Made by a program: the position numbers and the translations under genes. The notes beneath the pieces are model-generated. The model did no database searches, had not been told where the DNA came from, and saw only the letters and a program-made list of their open reading frames with translations. From Azolla caroliniana (lineage: Eukaryota; Plantae; Polypodiophyta), in contig JBHGNT010000015.1 in assembly GCA_043228905.1 (NCBI GenBank), positions 3,286,001 to 3,350,000 of the forward strand: DNA of 64,000 nt, given 5' to 3'. Of the stretch, positions 52,733-64,000 are shown piece by piece. Within the stretch, counting starts at the first letter, position 1. Every line of letters starts with the position of its first letter.

Positions 52733-55464
52733 GTTACGGTCCCGGCTAGGGAGCCGGATGATGAAGATCCCGGCTACGGAGCCGGATGATGAAGACCCCG
52801 GCTACGGAGCCGGATGATGAATGTACCCTGAGCGAGATCCGGATGCGGGGACATATTTGTGAATATGTTTACCAAGGGCCCTTGAGGCTGTATTTGTAAA
52901 TAGCCCGAAAGTCATATGCGTATAAATATGACTTAGGGCAAACAGTTTTATGTTGTTGCTCATTTTTGTTTTCAGCCGAGAGAGCGAAGTGAGAGCAGTC
53001 GAGAGAGAAAGAGAGAGAAAGGAAGAGGTCGACGCCTCTGTGTATTACCGCCGCCTGTGGCGAAGACAGTGAGCTCAAGGTTGTTGTCTTGTAGCTTCAC
53101 CATTGTACATCTCTGTGTATAGTGATCGTTGGAGTTTGAGGACTCCCGTGGTTTTTTCCCATTTAGGGTTTTCCACGTAAAACACCCTGTGTACTCTTCT
53201 CTCTATTGTCTTCGTGCACTTTGTATTTCCCGTTTTCTGTGTGTGTTGATCCTATTCCTCGGTTGTGGCCGAGCACTGTTTTTCAACAGATTTCACTCTA
53301 GAACGAACTCCTCGGCAGTATGCCGACTGAAGAAGTCCCTTTACAGACTGAAGCAAGCCCCGCGTGCCTGGAACGTGAAGATCACGCAACAACTGCGTCG
53401 GATGGGCTTCGTCACGTCAAAATCGGACTCTTCCCTGTTCATCCGGAAAGGTCGACTCGGACCGATTAGTATTTTACTATATGTTGATGACTTGGTCATC
53501 ACCGGTGCCGACCTAGGTGAAATCGACCGCGTGAAGCTCTAGCTTGCGGCATCGTTCGACATGAAGGATCTGGGGGACCTTCATTACTTCCTCGGGATCG
53601 AAGTGATCCGTACCCCCGAAGGCATATTAATCAACCAACGTCATTACGTGCTGAGTATGCTCTTCAAATTCGGGATGGCCGACTGTAAGTCCGTCTCGAC
53701 TCCTCTAGACAAAACCGTCAAGCTTCGTCCCGATACGGGAAAGGTATGCGACCCGACGAGGTTCCGACAAATTGTCGGAAGCCTCATATACTTGACCATC
53801 ACCCAACCCGACCTCAGTTATCCGGTCGGAGTGATCAATCAGTTCACGGCGCGACCTACCGAGGAGCACCTCCAGTGTGCGCAACGCATACTTCGGTATG
53901 TCAACAGCACTAAGGACATGGGACTGCTATATCGGACCGGTGCAGCCGCGCAGTTAGTCGGCTACACCGATGCTGATTGGGCTGGCAACGCCGCCGATCG
54001 CCGATCCACATCCGGATACGCATTCTCCCTCGGGAGTGCCGCGATCGCGTGGAGCAGTAAGAAGCAGCCGATAGTTGCACTATTGAGCACCAAAGCTGAG
54101 TACCGAGGAGCGGCTGTCGCGACATGCGAAGCCATATGGTTGAAGCGGCTACTTAAGGACCAGCAAGAGGAGGTGTCAGATCTGACGACGATCTATTGCG
54201 ACAACCTCAGCAGCATCCAGCTCGCGAAAAACCCCGTTTTTCACGCACGGACCAAGCACATTGAGGTGCACTACCATTTCGTCCGTGAGTGTGTCCTTTC
54301 CGGTGAAGTCGAACTTCAGTACGTTCTGACAGATCGGCAGACTGCCGACATCTTCACCAAGCCTTTTGGTCTAGACAAGTTGCGGCAATTCTTAGGTGCG
54401 CTCGGATTGCCTCACCTCGACGTGCCAAACTTGAGGGGGAGAACAGTCCCGAACGACCAAGCAAGGCAGTAGGAAAGGAGTGGAGACCGCGATACCACCG
54501 AGTCGGTTGAATCGGTTGTCGAGTTCGACTTCGGATCGGTTGAAGAAGCCGAGGGCGAACCCGCGGAAAAGTTCGGAAGCGGACAGAAGGGGAGCAGCCG
54601 AAGGAGAGAGCCGAAGCCAACCATGCATGGGGAAGATGACGCCATCGAGGGCGAGAAGACCGAAGACAAGTTGGAGACAGCCAACTCGGACGAGAGAGAA
54701 AACTGATCGGAGGTAGCCGAGTCGGTTCGGATGTTTGATTCAGATACGCTGAATCAACTGAGGCCCAAGCGGAAGAAAAGGCAGCAGAAGAAGCGTCAAC
54801 ACCGCAACAGCAGAAGAGCTGATAAGGGCCACATGAGCAGACAAGCCGACCGGAAGGGTTGAAGCGCGCGGAGTCGAACAGGTCGTGGAGCGCGAGCGAG
54901 GCGTGAAGCCAGGAGGAACCAGAGCTGTGAGCCTGAAGATCCTGAAGAGCCTCAAGTTGAGCTTGAGGGGGAGTGTTGAGAGACAAGCTCAACATTGGCC
55001 GGATCGGCTGAAGAAGCCGAGGACCAAATCGGTTGGGACCGATCGGTTAGGCCGAATGCGTAAGCCGGTACGCAGACTGGTGCGTAGGTAGGGCCGGATC
55101 GGTGCGTAAACCGGGAGGCCGTTAGGAAAGATATTCCGTGAGGAATATATTTGGGAGTTAATGTAGGAGCTCTTAATGAGCATTGAAGTACTGTCAGTAC
55201 TTCGGTCAGTCCTTCTAGGACTTGTATAAAAGTGTTCATTGAACACACATATGTATAGAGTGTGGTGAATAGAGATTGAGTACCTTTTTTTAATATAGTT
55301 CTTGTTTTTCTCTCTCTCACTCACTCTCTCTGTCTCTCCCGCGTATACGGCATAAGCTCAAGCTCTCCATTAAACCTGAGTTTTCTTCCTTATGTTCGGT
55401 CTTCATACTTGCTTCCGCACGTTACTTTTTACAAAGTATATAATAGAGAGGTGAGGAGATTGGG

Positions 55465-57490
55465 TTTCGAACAAGGATTTCCAAATGATTGGCTTATGAA
55501 TTGGATTAAACCAATATTTAAAGCCGGAGATAAGAATCAAGTATCAAATTATCGTACAATAATGGTGAGCTCAACTATTGCTAAATTATATAGCACTATT
55601 ATGGAGCAAAAGATAAGCACATGGACTGAAAGTACAAGCAAAACAGCACTTGGGCAAGCAGGATTTAGACCAAAACACTCCACTGTGGATCATTTGGTCA
55701 CATTGAGAGTACTCATGGAAGACAATCGACTACAAGGAAAAACACTTTATTGTTGTTTTGTTGATTTTAAGAAAGCTTTTGATACTGTACCACAAAGTGA
55801 GCTCTGGAATAGAATGGTAGAGATTGATATGCCATTAGAGTACCAAGTTGTTATTGCACGCCTATATGAACAAGTTAAATGCCAACTAAAAATGGATACT
55901 GGATTCTCAAAGTACTTTTTAAGTAACATGGGGGTCAAGCAAGGATGTCCACTATCACCCACACTTTTTGGCTTATGTATTGATAAATTAGAAAAAGTGG
56001 TAAATAAGGTTGCAAGAGAAGAAGGATTGAATGCTCCCAAATTGATGCAACATGTTATCTTATTGCTTCTATATGTTGATGATGTGGTACTCTTCTCATA
56101 TGATGTTGATTGTATGCAAAATTTACTTGGGGTATTAGAAGAATTTTGTCATAGTAGTGGACTAGCAGTGAATGTGGAGAAAACAAAAATGATGGTAGTG
56201 CAAACCATCCAACCTCATCATTACCCTATGCTGACATATAAAGGTGAACATATACAATTTGTTCAAAGCTTTAAATATCTTGGTATTGATGTACCTGCCT
56301 GCCACAAATCAATGGAGTGCATGCTTTGATTCCAGGCTCCAAGCCAGTTGGAAATCGTATTACCTTTTGGAGAACCAATGCAACCAAAGTGATACTTGTG
56401 GATGGGAAGTAAAACTAATGTTGTTCAATGCCATGGTAACTCAAGTATTGCTTTATGGAGTAGAAGTATGGGGTGGCACCGTCTCTCTTAATGCATGGAA
56501 TGAGATTGAGAAAATTCAAAAGATGTCTTTAAGGAGGCAATTAGGAGTTAAATGCGCTACCTCTTACCAGGTTATGCTCTTGGAAACAGGTGTTCGACCC
56601 ATAGAACTATTGGCACTCCAAAAAGTATATAAATACATTACAAAAGTCAAGAATATGTCGAATCATTGATTACCACATATTTCTTGGAATGTTGGATGTA
56701 AGCTACAAAAGAATCATAAAAGTAAGATTCTCTCATCCGGATGGGTTGTTGACATAAGGAAATGGTTTAGAAGATGGGGTTTGGATGATCTTTTAGAGCT
56801 TTCAGGCAATGTTATGCAGTATGTAATGATTGAGGAAAGGTTGGTGGAATCATTAAGGATGAAGTGGGAAGATGCGAAGAGGACAAAGCTAGAATACTAC
56901 ATTGCAAATGTCAACCCGCAATGTCGGTCTCAATATAAAGCAAGAATGCCTATTGATCGTATCCAACCTTATCTCATTACCAATATGAGTAGTAATGCTC
57001 GTAGAGCCCTTACAATACTTTGCACTCGATCTCACAAGTTAGGTATTGAAGTTGCATCATGATATCAAAATGTAACGGACTTGAAGACATGCAAAGTATG
57101 CAATGAAGGCATGGTAGAGGATGAATGTCACTTGCTCTTCACATGCTCGACATATAGTGCAATTCGTTCAAGATATGCTGACTGTTGAGAATCAAGCTCA
57201 ACTTGGTCTAGTGTGTGAAGTCACCTTGAGAGTGAAGAGACACTCCAATGGTCAAGAGTCACCATTATGTCACCACTTTGTATTCTAACATTTAGTATGA
57301 GTTATAGAATCATATTCTATGACACATAACTTATGAGCTTTCACATTCCCCATGCTCCATGAGGCTTGTAGTTAATGCAGAGAGAGGGTGACTACATAAA
57401 GCACCCTCCTCCCACCTTCTATAATGTTGAGTCTTTCTCCTTTGTCAATATACTTTTACCTTGTGTATTCTCTGTATTTCACTCACTCAC

Positions 57491-57525
<35 letters not shown>

Positions 57526-57812
57526 CACACACATAACTCACATATCTTCCGCTTCACAAGAATCCATCTGTTGATTCTTTACACTGACATACTAAGAGGG
57601 AGTGATAACTTAAGTTCCATACTTAAGACACCACCGAGAAGGCTGAGCTCATATGTGTATGCTTTATTCACACATAGAGACTTTGCGCTTCAATGTATGA
57701 ATACCCCTTCTTAGGAAAGAGACACATATCAAGAACACATGTATACTTCGGTCCCATAGGTCAAAATTGACGTCTTTATGGACGATAAAAATTCTAATTC
57801 TAATTCTAATTC
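55465..57812 (+). mobile_element. 5'-truncated RTE/RTEX-like LINE (same family as 32095-35230), ending ~140 bp upstream of the RAR1 ATG
   Basis: NYRTI, QAGFR, FVDFKKAFD, GVKQGCPLSPTLF, LYVDD and C-terminal CKVC..EDECHLLFTC; (TTCTAA)n tail at ~57790-57812. Confidence 0.92.
57183..57583 (+). mobile_element. Solo LTR inserted in the LINE 3' region
   Basis: TGTTGAGA..AGCTCAAC start, TTTACA end, TSD CTGAC (57178-57182 / 57584-57588); the LINE sequence resumes exactly after it. Confidence 0.9.
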
Positions 57813-57951
57813 TCTCTATCACACACCCACCCACCCACACATTCAAAATTCTAATTCTCTCTATCACACAGTTTACAGTTCTGTGGATTGAAGAAGAAGA
57901 AGAAGAAGAAGAAGAAGACGACGACGACGACGAAAGCCTTGGCCGTTCGAG

Positions 57952-60900
57952 ATGACGACGGTGCAGCGATGCCAGAGGATCGGCTGCTCCTCCACCTTCT
58001 CGCCAGATGATAACGCTGAAGGAAGCTGCCGATATCATCCTGGGGTATGTATGTATGTATGTATGTATGTATGTATGAATCTTCCGGCCACTTTTTTCTT
58101 CTTCTGTTTTGCTTCGTTGCCATATCCTCCTCAGGCCAAGTAGAAGATTACCTAGAATGCGATGTGCTAAAATACTGTTTTTCTTTGTTTATGAAGATTG
58201 AATCTATAATAGGTTAGATCATTTGGCTAGACTGCATATGCAGATTGAACCTATCAGAGCATATCCGCTTCATAGCAAGTTTGAATCTTTCTACAGACAT
58301 TCCTAAGGCTCGAACTGATATGTTTGTCTACCACGAGTAGGCAGAATAAATTTTCATATGAACTTCATTGGTGAGGCCCTCAAATGCTACCATGTATGGG
58401 AAGGTTCAGTCTATAATGTGTTAGATCAGATGCAATGTAGTTGTGAGGATCGTACTGTCAGTTATAGACACCTTGCATAGGAAGACGAGTGTGTAATATA
58501 ATAGGGCATTTACTATCCAGTTGTGAGGCTTTATATATTAGGTATATCTGTATACCTTGCATCTTTTTATACCATTCATTTGTTTCAATTGGATTTATAA
58601 TGTGCTAGAGCATATAGGAGGGTCAAACTTCTACCTTGAATAGGAAGATTGAGCTTCTGATATGTTTGGTTTTATACGTCTTATTTGCGGGGATCAGATT
58701 GCCACTTTAAATAGGGAGATTGTGACTTTAATATGCTAGATCATATGAAACGAGGCCAAAGGTATCAGAGTTGTCTGGCGTGAATAGGAAAATTGAGTCT
58801 GTAATAAGTTCAATCATATTTGATGGGGATAAAACTGTCAATTGTAATGTGTAATACAACCACACAACATTCATCCATCAATTAAATACTTTATTTACTT
58901 TTTATTATGTATATGCCTACCTTGAATAGGAAGGCCGAGTTTGTAATATATATTATGTTAGATCACGTGGCATTCATTTGTGAAGCCCATTGAAGAAGCA
59001 TATGTGCAGGAGATATCCAGTCTATGATGTGTTTGATCATATGTGGTCCATTTGTGAGGCACAAGAATGACAGATAGAACTATCTTGAATAAGAAGATTT
59101 AGTCTATAATAGGCTAGGTAAAAAAACTATCCATTCGTGAAATTCAAACTGTCAGATATGGTACCTTGCATAAGAAGAATGAGTCTGTGATTTCCATTGT
59201 AAGGCTCAAAGTTGTTAGAGATCTCTACGTCAACTAGGAAGATATTCTCTGTAATATGTAAATCATCTATCTGGTTTCATTTGTGGGGTTAAGCATCCAG
59301 TTTTCTTCCTTGAATCGGAAGTTTAAGTTTGTTATATCTTAGATCATATGCTGTTCATTTGTGAGGCTAAAGGTGGAAGATATTTCAGATCATGTCCATT
59401 ATGAGGTTCAAACTGTCATATATTTCCAGCAATTTTTTTATTCATGCTTATATGGAGGAAATGTGACCATCCAAGTCTTTATGAAACCAAAAACATAGAA
59501 CATTGATGGTGATTTGTGCATATGCCATGTCTTTTCAATTGTGGATAGTTGCGATGTGTTTTAACCTATGAATTAGCTCAGACAGGAATCCTAAACCATG
59601 GTTTCATGAAATACATCTCTTTCATGATTAAGATCATTTGAGGCATGTGTTGATGGGACTAGACATAAATATTCCTAACCATGGGAGGGATGGAGGGAGT
59701 AACAGTGAGTGTCTTTCATGATTAAGGTCATTTGAGGCATGTGTTGATGGGACTAGACATAAATTTTCCTAACCATGGGAGGGATGGAGGGAGTAACAGT
59801 GAGGGAGAGAGAGAGTAACAGTTTTTATATTTATCCTGTCTGCTGAAACATGACCTGTTGCTGGTGTTGAATGGGACCTCGGTGCGTGCTCAATATCCAA
59901 GAACAGCCTGTAAGTGAAATGCATCATTTATTTATTGTTAAATTAAAGATTTATCAATCACTTGAATGCTTAGTCTGCATCTGCATCTGCACCTATACTA
60001 TTTGAGCTGTTAATTTCCTATTTCTAGACATAGCTTCTGTCAGTATTAATCAGATGTCCTCTTTAATTCCTCTCTATTGTATTCATATTTTTGACTGCCT
60101 CCTCGAACCCCTTGTCTCAAAAGATGAATCATGATAGTTCTTTATGAAAGGAACAAAGTCAATGTTGTGAAAATAAAACGAGTCCGCTAAATAACATTGG
60201 TTGATTATGTGAGAGACATATGTATACAACTTCTTCAAGTATCTGGGAAGAATATATCATGTTGTCCCCATCTCCTGTACTGTTTTCTATCTATTTGCGA
60301 ATAATAACTTTTTAATCCCATGTTTTGTTTTAAAGTCATACAAAATTAAAGTTCCACTGCTTGATCAATCTTACGTTAATTCCCTGCTTTGGTTATATCA
60401 ATTCTATATATACAAATACTTCTATATTTCAGCTTTCTTAGAGTCCGCCCACAGTTTGATGCACTTCACAATTTCGACACCCTTTGGAAGATTGAGAGAA
60501 TAGGAGGCTAATGAGTTTGTTGGGAATGTTTTATATTTGTGTTGTAAAAGTTTGAAATTGCTGATCAATGATTGTCAACATTTCTGTGAATTATATCCTT
60601 GTTATGTTTCAGCAAGAAGTTTCATTTATGATATTTCTATTTTAAAGTCTTCAGCATGCTACTTCTTTTGGTGCAGCCATTCTTCCATGATGGGGGCAAG
60701 GAATGGAAGTGCTGCAAGCAGAAGAGCCACGACTTCACTTTATTTCTTGAAATTCCTGGGTAGGTTACAATTGCTGTATGTATCTCAACTGGACTTGGAC
60801 AATCTTGTGTGGCATCAAAATTCATTGATGTGATAGAAGCCTACATTGTTGGTTTATTATGATTGGGTATATTATTGAGTAGTGCTGACATGAGTTTGCT

Positions 60901-62417
60901 TGGATGCATGATGTGATAGACACCTACATTTTTCACTTCAATAATGATTAGCATATCCAATTCAATAGTGATTATACAATGTGGTATTGTGTTTGACTGT
61001 ATGATTTTCTTTCATTTCGTCAAATGTTTAATTTTTCCCCTTGATTTTTTGTTTTGTTTCATCTCTTACAAGAGGTGATACATGTATTTCTTGCTGTATA
61101 TGTTTGTTTGTATATGCGCATACACCTACACAATTGCTCATACTCTCTGTATGTGCATGCGTGTATACATGGGGACATGTTTGCACAAGTTTCTAGCTCA
61201 TGCTTCTATAATTTGCTGTTGCTCAACTGTTTTCATTCCAGATTGTTTCTGGTTTTCAGAGTCAAGATGGTGTTCTTGATAGGATTCCTTTAAATATTTT
61301 TGGAAATGAGTCCTTAATTATTCTAGAAATGTCACTAGCGCAATCACAGATGCTCAAACTCATCAGTATAGAAGGGTTTATTAACTTCTGGCAAAATGCA
61401 TGCACGACCAAGGATTTTAAGTCCTAAATCCAATGGAGGATCTGGAATACTATTGCGAACTGCAATCAATTGCTGAAATAGAATGACAATATATTAGGAT
61501 GACTAAGCAAGTTTTTCACTAAAATACTTAATTTTACAAGCAGCATCTTTATGTATGATGTATTTTACACTGAAAAATTTAGTCAGCCTGGTCGCACAGT
61601 AAGGGTTGTTAACTTGATACATTTTGTATTTTTGCCCACAGGTGTACAACAGGTAAGCATACTTCCGAGAAGCCCCAGACAACATTCACTTCTGCAAGAA
61701 AAAATACTCATTTGACACCAGCTACACAAATCAGTACGTTACCTGTAACCAGGGAAGCTTGTTCAAGATGTAGACAAGGGTTTTTCTGTGCTGATCATGG
61801 TACGCTATCTTATAAGTTGGCTTCTCTTAATTCACAGACAGCACAACAAAAACTCAAAAGTTGAATATTTTGTTTGAAGGTACTCAGCCAGGAGTTAATA
61901 CTTCTTTGAAGGTGTCAAAAGTAACAAACAATACAGATTCTGTAAAGAAGGATCAGGACCAACCAAGAACTATTGATATCAATGCACAACAAGTTTGCAA
62001 AAAATGTAAGAGGACTTTTACAGAGATGGACAACCATGATACTGCATGCAACTATCATCCAGGACCTCCTCTCTTCCATGATAGATCACGGGGTGTAAGT
62101 TGTCTCTTTTGTTCACTTTTTCTTTATGTGTTTAGATTCATCGTTATATGCCATACTTTTAATGAAGGAATGCATGAACATGCACATTCAGGTCAAAATA
62201 TTCTTAATAAGAACATAATTAGGCATCCTGATTTCAAAAATGAAACAAATTTTGCTGAACTCAAATTTCTACGTGATTGTCTGAAATATATTTGCTCAAA
62301 CTTACTGATAACTTTATTGGTGTGCAGTGGTCGTGTTGTAATGTGCACGTTCAGGAATTCAATGAGTTTCTGGAAATACCCCCTTGCACTAAAGGCTGGC
62401 ACCAAGGAACTTTGTGA
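57952..62417 (+). CDS. RAR1: RAR1 (CHORD-I / CCCH / CHORD-II HSP90-SGT1 co-chaperone), 212 aa; exons 57952-58044, 60677-60759, 61642-61799, 61880-62094, 62328-62417
   Basis: CQRIGC..CRYHPG|PFFHDGGKEWKCC..FLEIPG|CTTGKH; plant-specific CSRCRQGFFCADH; CKKCKR..CNYHPGPPLFHD|WSCC..PPCTKGWH. 639 nt in frame, GT-AG introns. Confidence 0.95.
58140..59420. repeat. Degenerate ~75-bp tandem array in RAR1 intron 1
   Basis: Recurrent ACCTTGAATAGGAAGATTGAGTCT(A/G)TAAT..TTAGATCAT..TTGTGAGG at ~58192, 58398, 58470, 58633, 58709, 58781, 58918, 59007, 59082, 59163, 59232 and 59308. Confidence 0.7.
59618..59802. repeat. Recent ~94-bp tandem duplication in RAR1 intron 1
   Basis: TCTTTCATGATTAAG.TCATTTGAGGCATG...GGGAGTAACAGTGAG occurs twice, nearly identical. 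Confidence 0.85.
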
Positions 62418-64000
62418 CATTATGGGATGTCTGAATAGCGATGCAGGGTACTGACCCTAGAATTGGATCTATATTGCTAGAAAACAGTGTATTTTCCTCT
62501 GGAGCCTTGGAATGTGTCATTCTTTTAGAGCTACAGTTCATGATCAATGGAAGAAAGCACAAACCAAATCAGGATATTTTGACAAAGTCTTACTGTTTTT
62601 CATCTCATGTTGTTTCTGTTTCAGATGATTTGTCAAGATAATGGTTGGTGTCAGCAGTTACTTTCAAAATCTTACAAGGGTTGTGGAATTGTTTTCCTTT
62701 GATGCGTCTTACAACATACTGTATCATTACCCAAATAGGTCCCTGTTTTTTTAATACATCTTTCAAACACATGACTATTTTGTATAAATTTTTGTGGGTC
62801 GTTATTTGTGAGAAAATTATATGGACCTATGTTAACTAATTGTTGTCAACTATATGTAGATGTTCAAGCTGGAGATCATGATCAATGTAGATTGTCCCAG
62901 AGGTTCCCCTGAGGTCTCTTATCTAGTTACACTAGAGATGCTTGATAAATGGAAAGTAATTGTACATGTCATCGTGTGTCACTCAGATATTGCAACATAC
63001 CTTGAGCCTTCTAAACTATTCCTAATATGGATAGACTAGCATAGACATATATTATGGTTTACAATGTGGTGTTTGAATCCTCATACCTAGAAAAAATTCC
63101 CATAATGGAGTCTTTACATCACGGTCCAATAACTCAATAGTTTAGTGTCTAGATTGGGCAATCAGCATGTAATGTCAATGATAACAAACAAACGGATACA
63201 GACAATTGGGAAATGTAAAGAGATTATTCAAAATAGAGGGCTCTTAAATGGTTTTGTAAGATTGCATAGACTTTACATAACCTTACCTTCTTGTATAGGG
63301 TTGTAAAACTATGGAATGAATTGTTCTTAGGTATTCACTAGAGTCTGGTTGGAGAACATAGACACAAGAAGGTTATGGACATGGTGGCAATTGAACTTGG
63401 GTTTATCATTGCAAGGAACTTTTCTATCTCTAGATCATTGATGCAAATGAAGTGTTACTCAAAATCACAAAGGAGCTTCCACAAGAAGTAAAGTACCTAT
63501 GGATTTACTAATGAAATTTGACTCAAAATGTGAAGAACAGTACATCATGTGAGAAACTACTTCTAGGTTTCAATATATTAATGGTTGAGGGTCTGAGATC
63601 TCTTTCTTAATTTCATGGATGGTGTGCAACGTCATTCTTAATTGGTGGACTAATTTGTCTAGTTAACTTTGTTAACAAATGAAAACTCAACTTGATAACT
63701 AGTGACATGAGAAATTCCTCTTTTGCCAACTTAAGAGCGACTTGGGATGTCTCAACCATGGAAGTTTGAGGCAAGAGAAGGTTTGTGATGCCCTTAGATG
63801 TTCTTGGTCACATTCACACCACACTAATGATTTAAATGAGTTTACAACCTATACAGATAAGTTCAAGTAGTCTTTGAACTTTCATCATATGATGGTGATA
63901 GATCATTGCAACTATTTGTCTTAAACAAGAAAATCCTAGCCAACAGAAATGTTGGAAAACCCAAAATCTGAGGGAAAACCAACAGATACAGACATGCTTT

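Larger units (their letters stand above)
44168..53288 (+). mobile_element. Copia B inserted in the RT of Copia A; lacks RT-RNase H, PPT and the first 63 bp of its 3' LTR
   Basis: 5' LTR 44168-44786, PBS 44790-44801, TSD GATTT (44163-44167 / 53289-53293), 3' LTR remnant 52733-53288. Three 27-bp repeats CCCGGCTA.GGAGCCGGATGATGAA in U3. Confidence 0.93.
40506..55433 (+). mobile_element. Copia A LTR retrotransposon (inactive); polyprotein 41042-44167 + 53294-54472
   Basis: LTRs 40506-40957 and 54974-55433, TSD AAGTA, PBS TGGTATCAGAGC (40958-40969), PPT 54965-54973. Gag CWYCGKKGHRESEC, YVDSG protease, integrase, RT LLYVDDLVI, RNase H GYTDADWAG. Several in-frame TAG stops. Confidence 0.95.
40394..55466 (+). 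mobile_element. Second tRNA-derived SINE copy, split by Copia A (40394-40505 + 55434-~55466) and 3'-truncated
   Basis: Box A TAGCTCAGTTGG (40407-40418) and box B GGTTCAACCC (40451-40460). The continuation TAATAGAGAGGTGA after the Copia A 3' LTR matches the copy at 31688. Confidence 0.78.

Noticed and set aside
54354-54995. 213-aa antisense ORF or env-like extra gene in the Copia A 3' region
   Set aside because: No recognisable domain or transmembrane pattern; long ORFs arise easily in this GC-rich DNA.
55409-55464. N-terminus of the 306-aa RT ORF
   Set aside because: Chimeric read-through from LTR and SINE sequence into a truncated LINE, not a real start.

Overview
Eukaryotic plant genomic DNA, probably from a non-seed plant such as a fern; this is inferred from a Tcn1-like chromovirus, RTE/RTEX-like LINEs and abundant microsatellites. 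Three host genes can be read. RAD50 (- strand) has 18 exons from 12523 to 291 and continues past the left edge. A three-exon, 66-aa CYSTM peptide gene (16691-17667, +) is missed by the ORF track. RAR1 (57952-62417, +) has five exons. Between them lie two transposon nests whose boundaries can be read from target-site duplications (TSDs). The first is a hAT-type element (22739-31177) carrying a chromodomain Gypsy. The second is a ~26 kb stack (31.9-57.8 kb) just upstream of RAR1. It holds LINEs, tRNA-derived SINEs, a Tcn1/Tf1-like Gypsy and three nested Copia elements, the innermost intact with near-identical LTRs. The most unusual element is the Tcn1-like Gypsy. It has no tRNA primer-binding site (PBS) but a self-priming one, and its LTR carries a perfect four-unit heat-shock element next to the TATA box and a tRNA-like Pol III (box A/box B) cassette at the LTR tip. 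All coordinates and alignments were read by eye, and no database search was possible.
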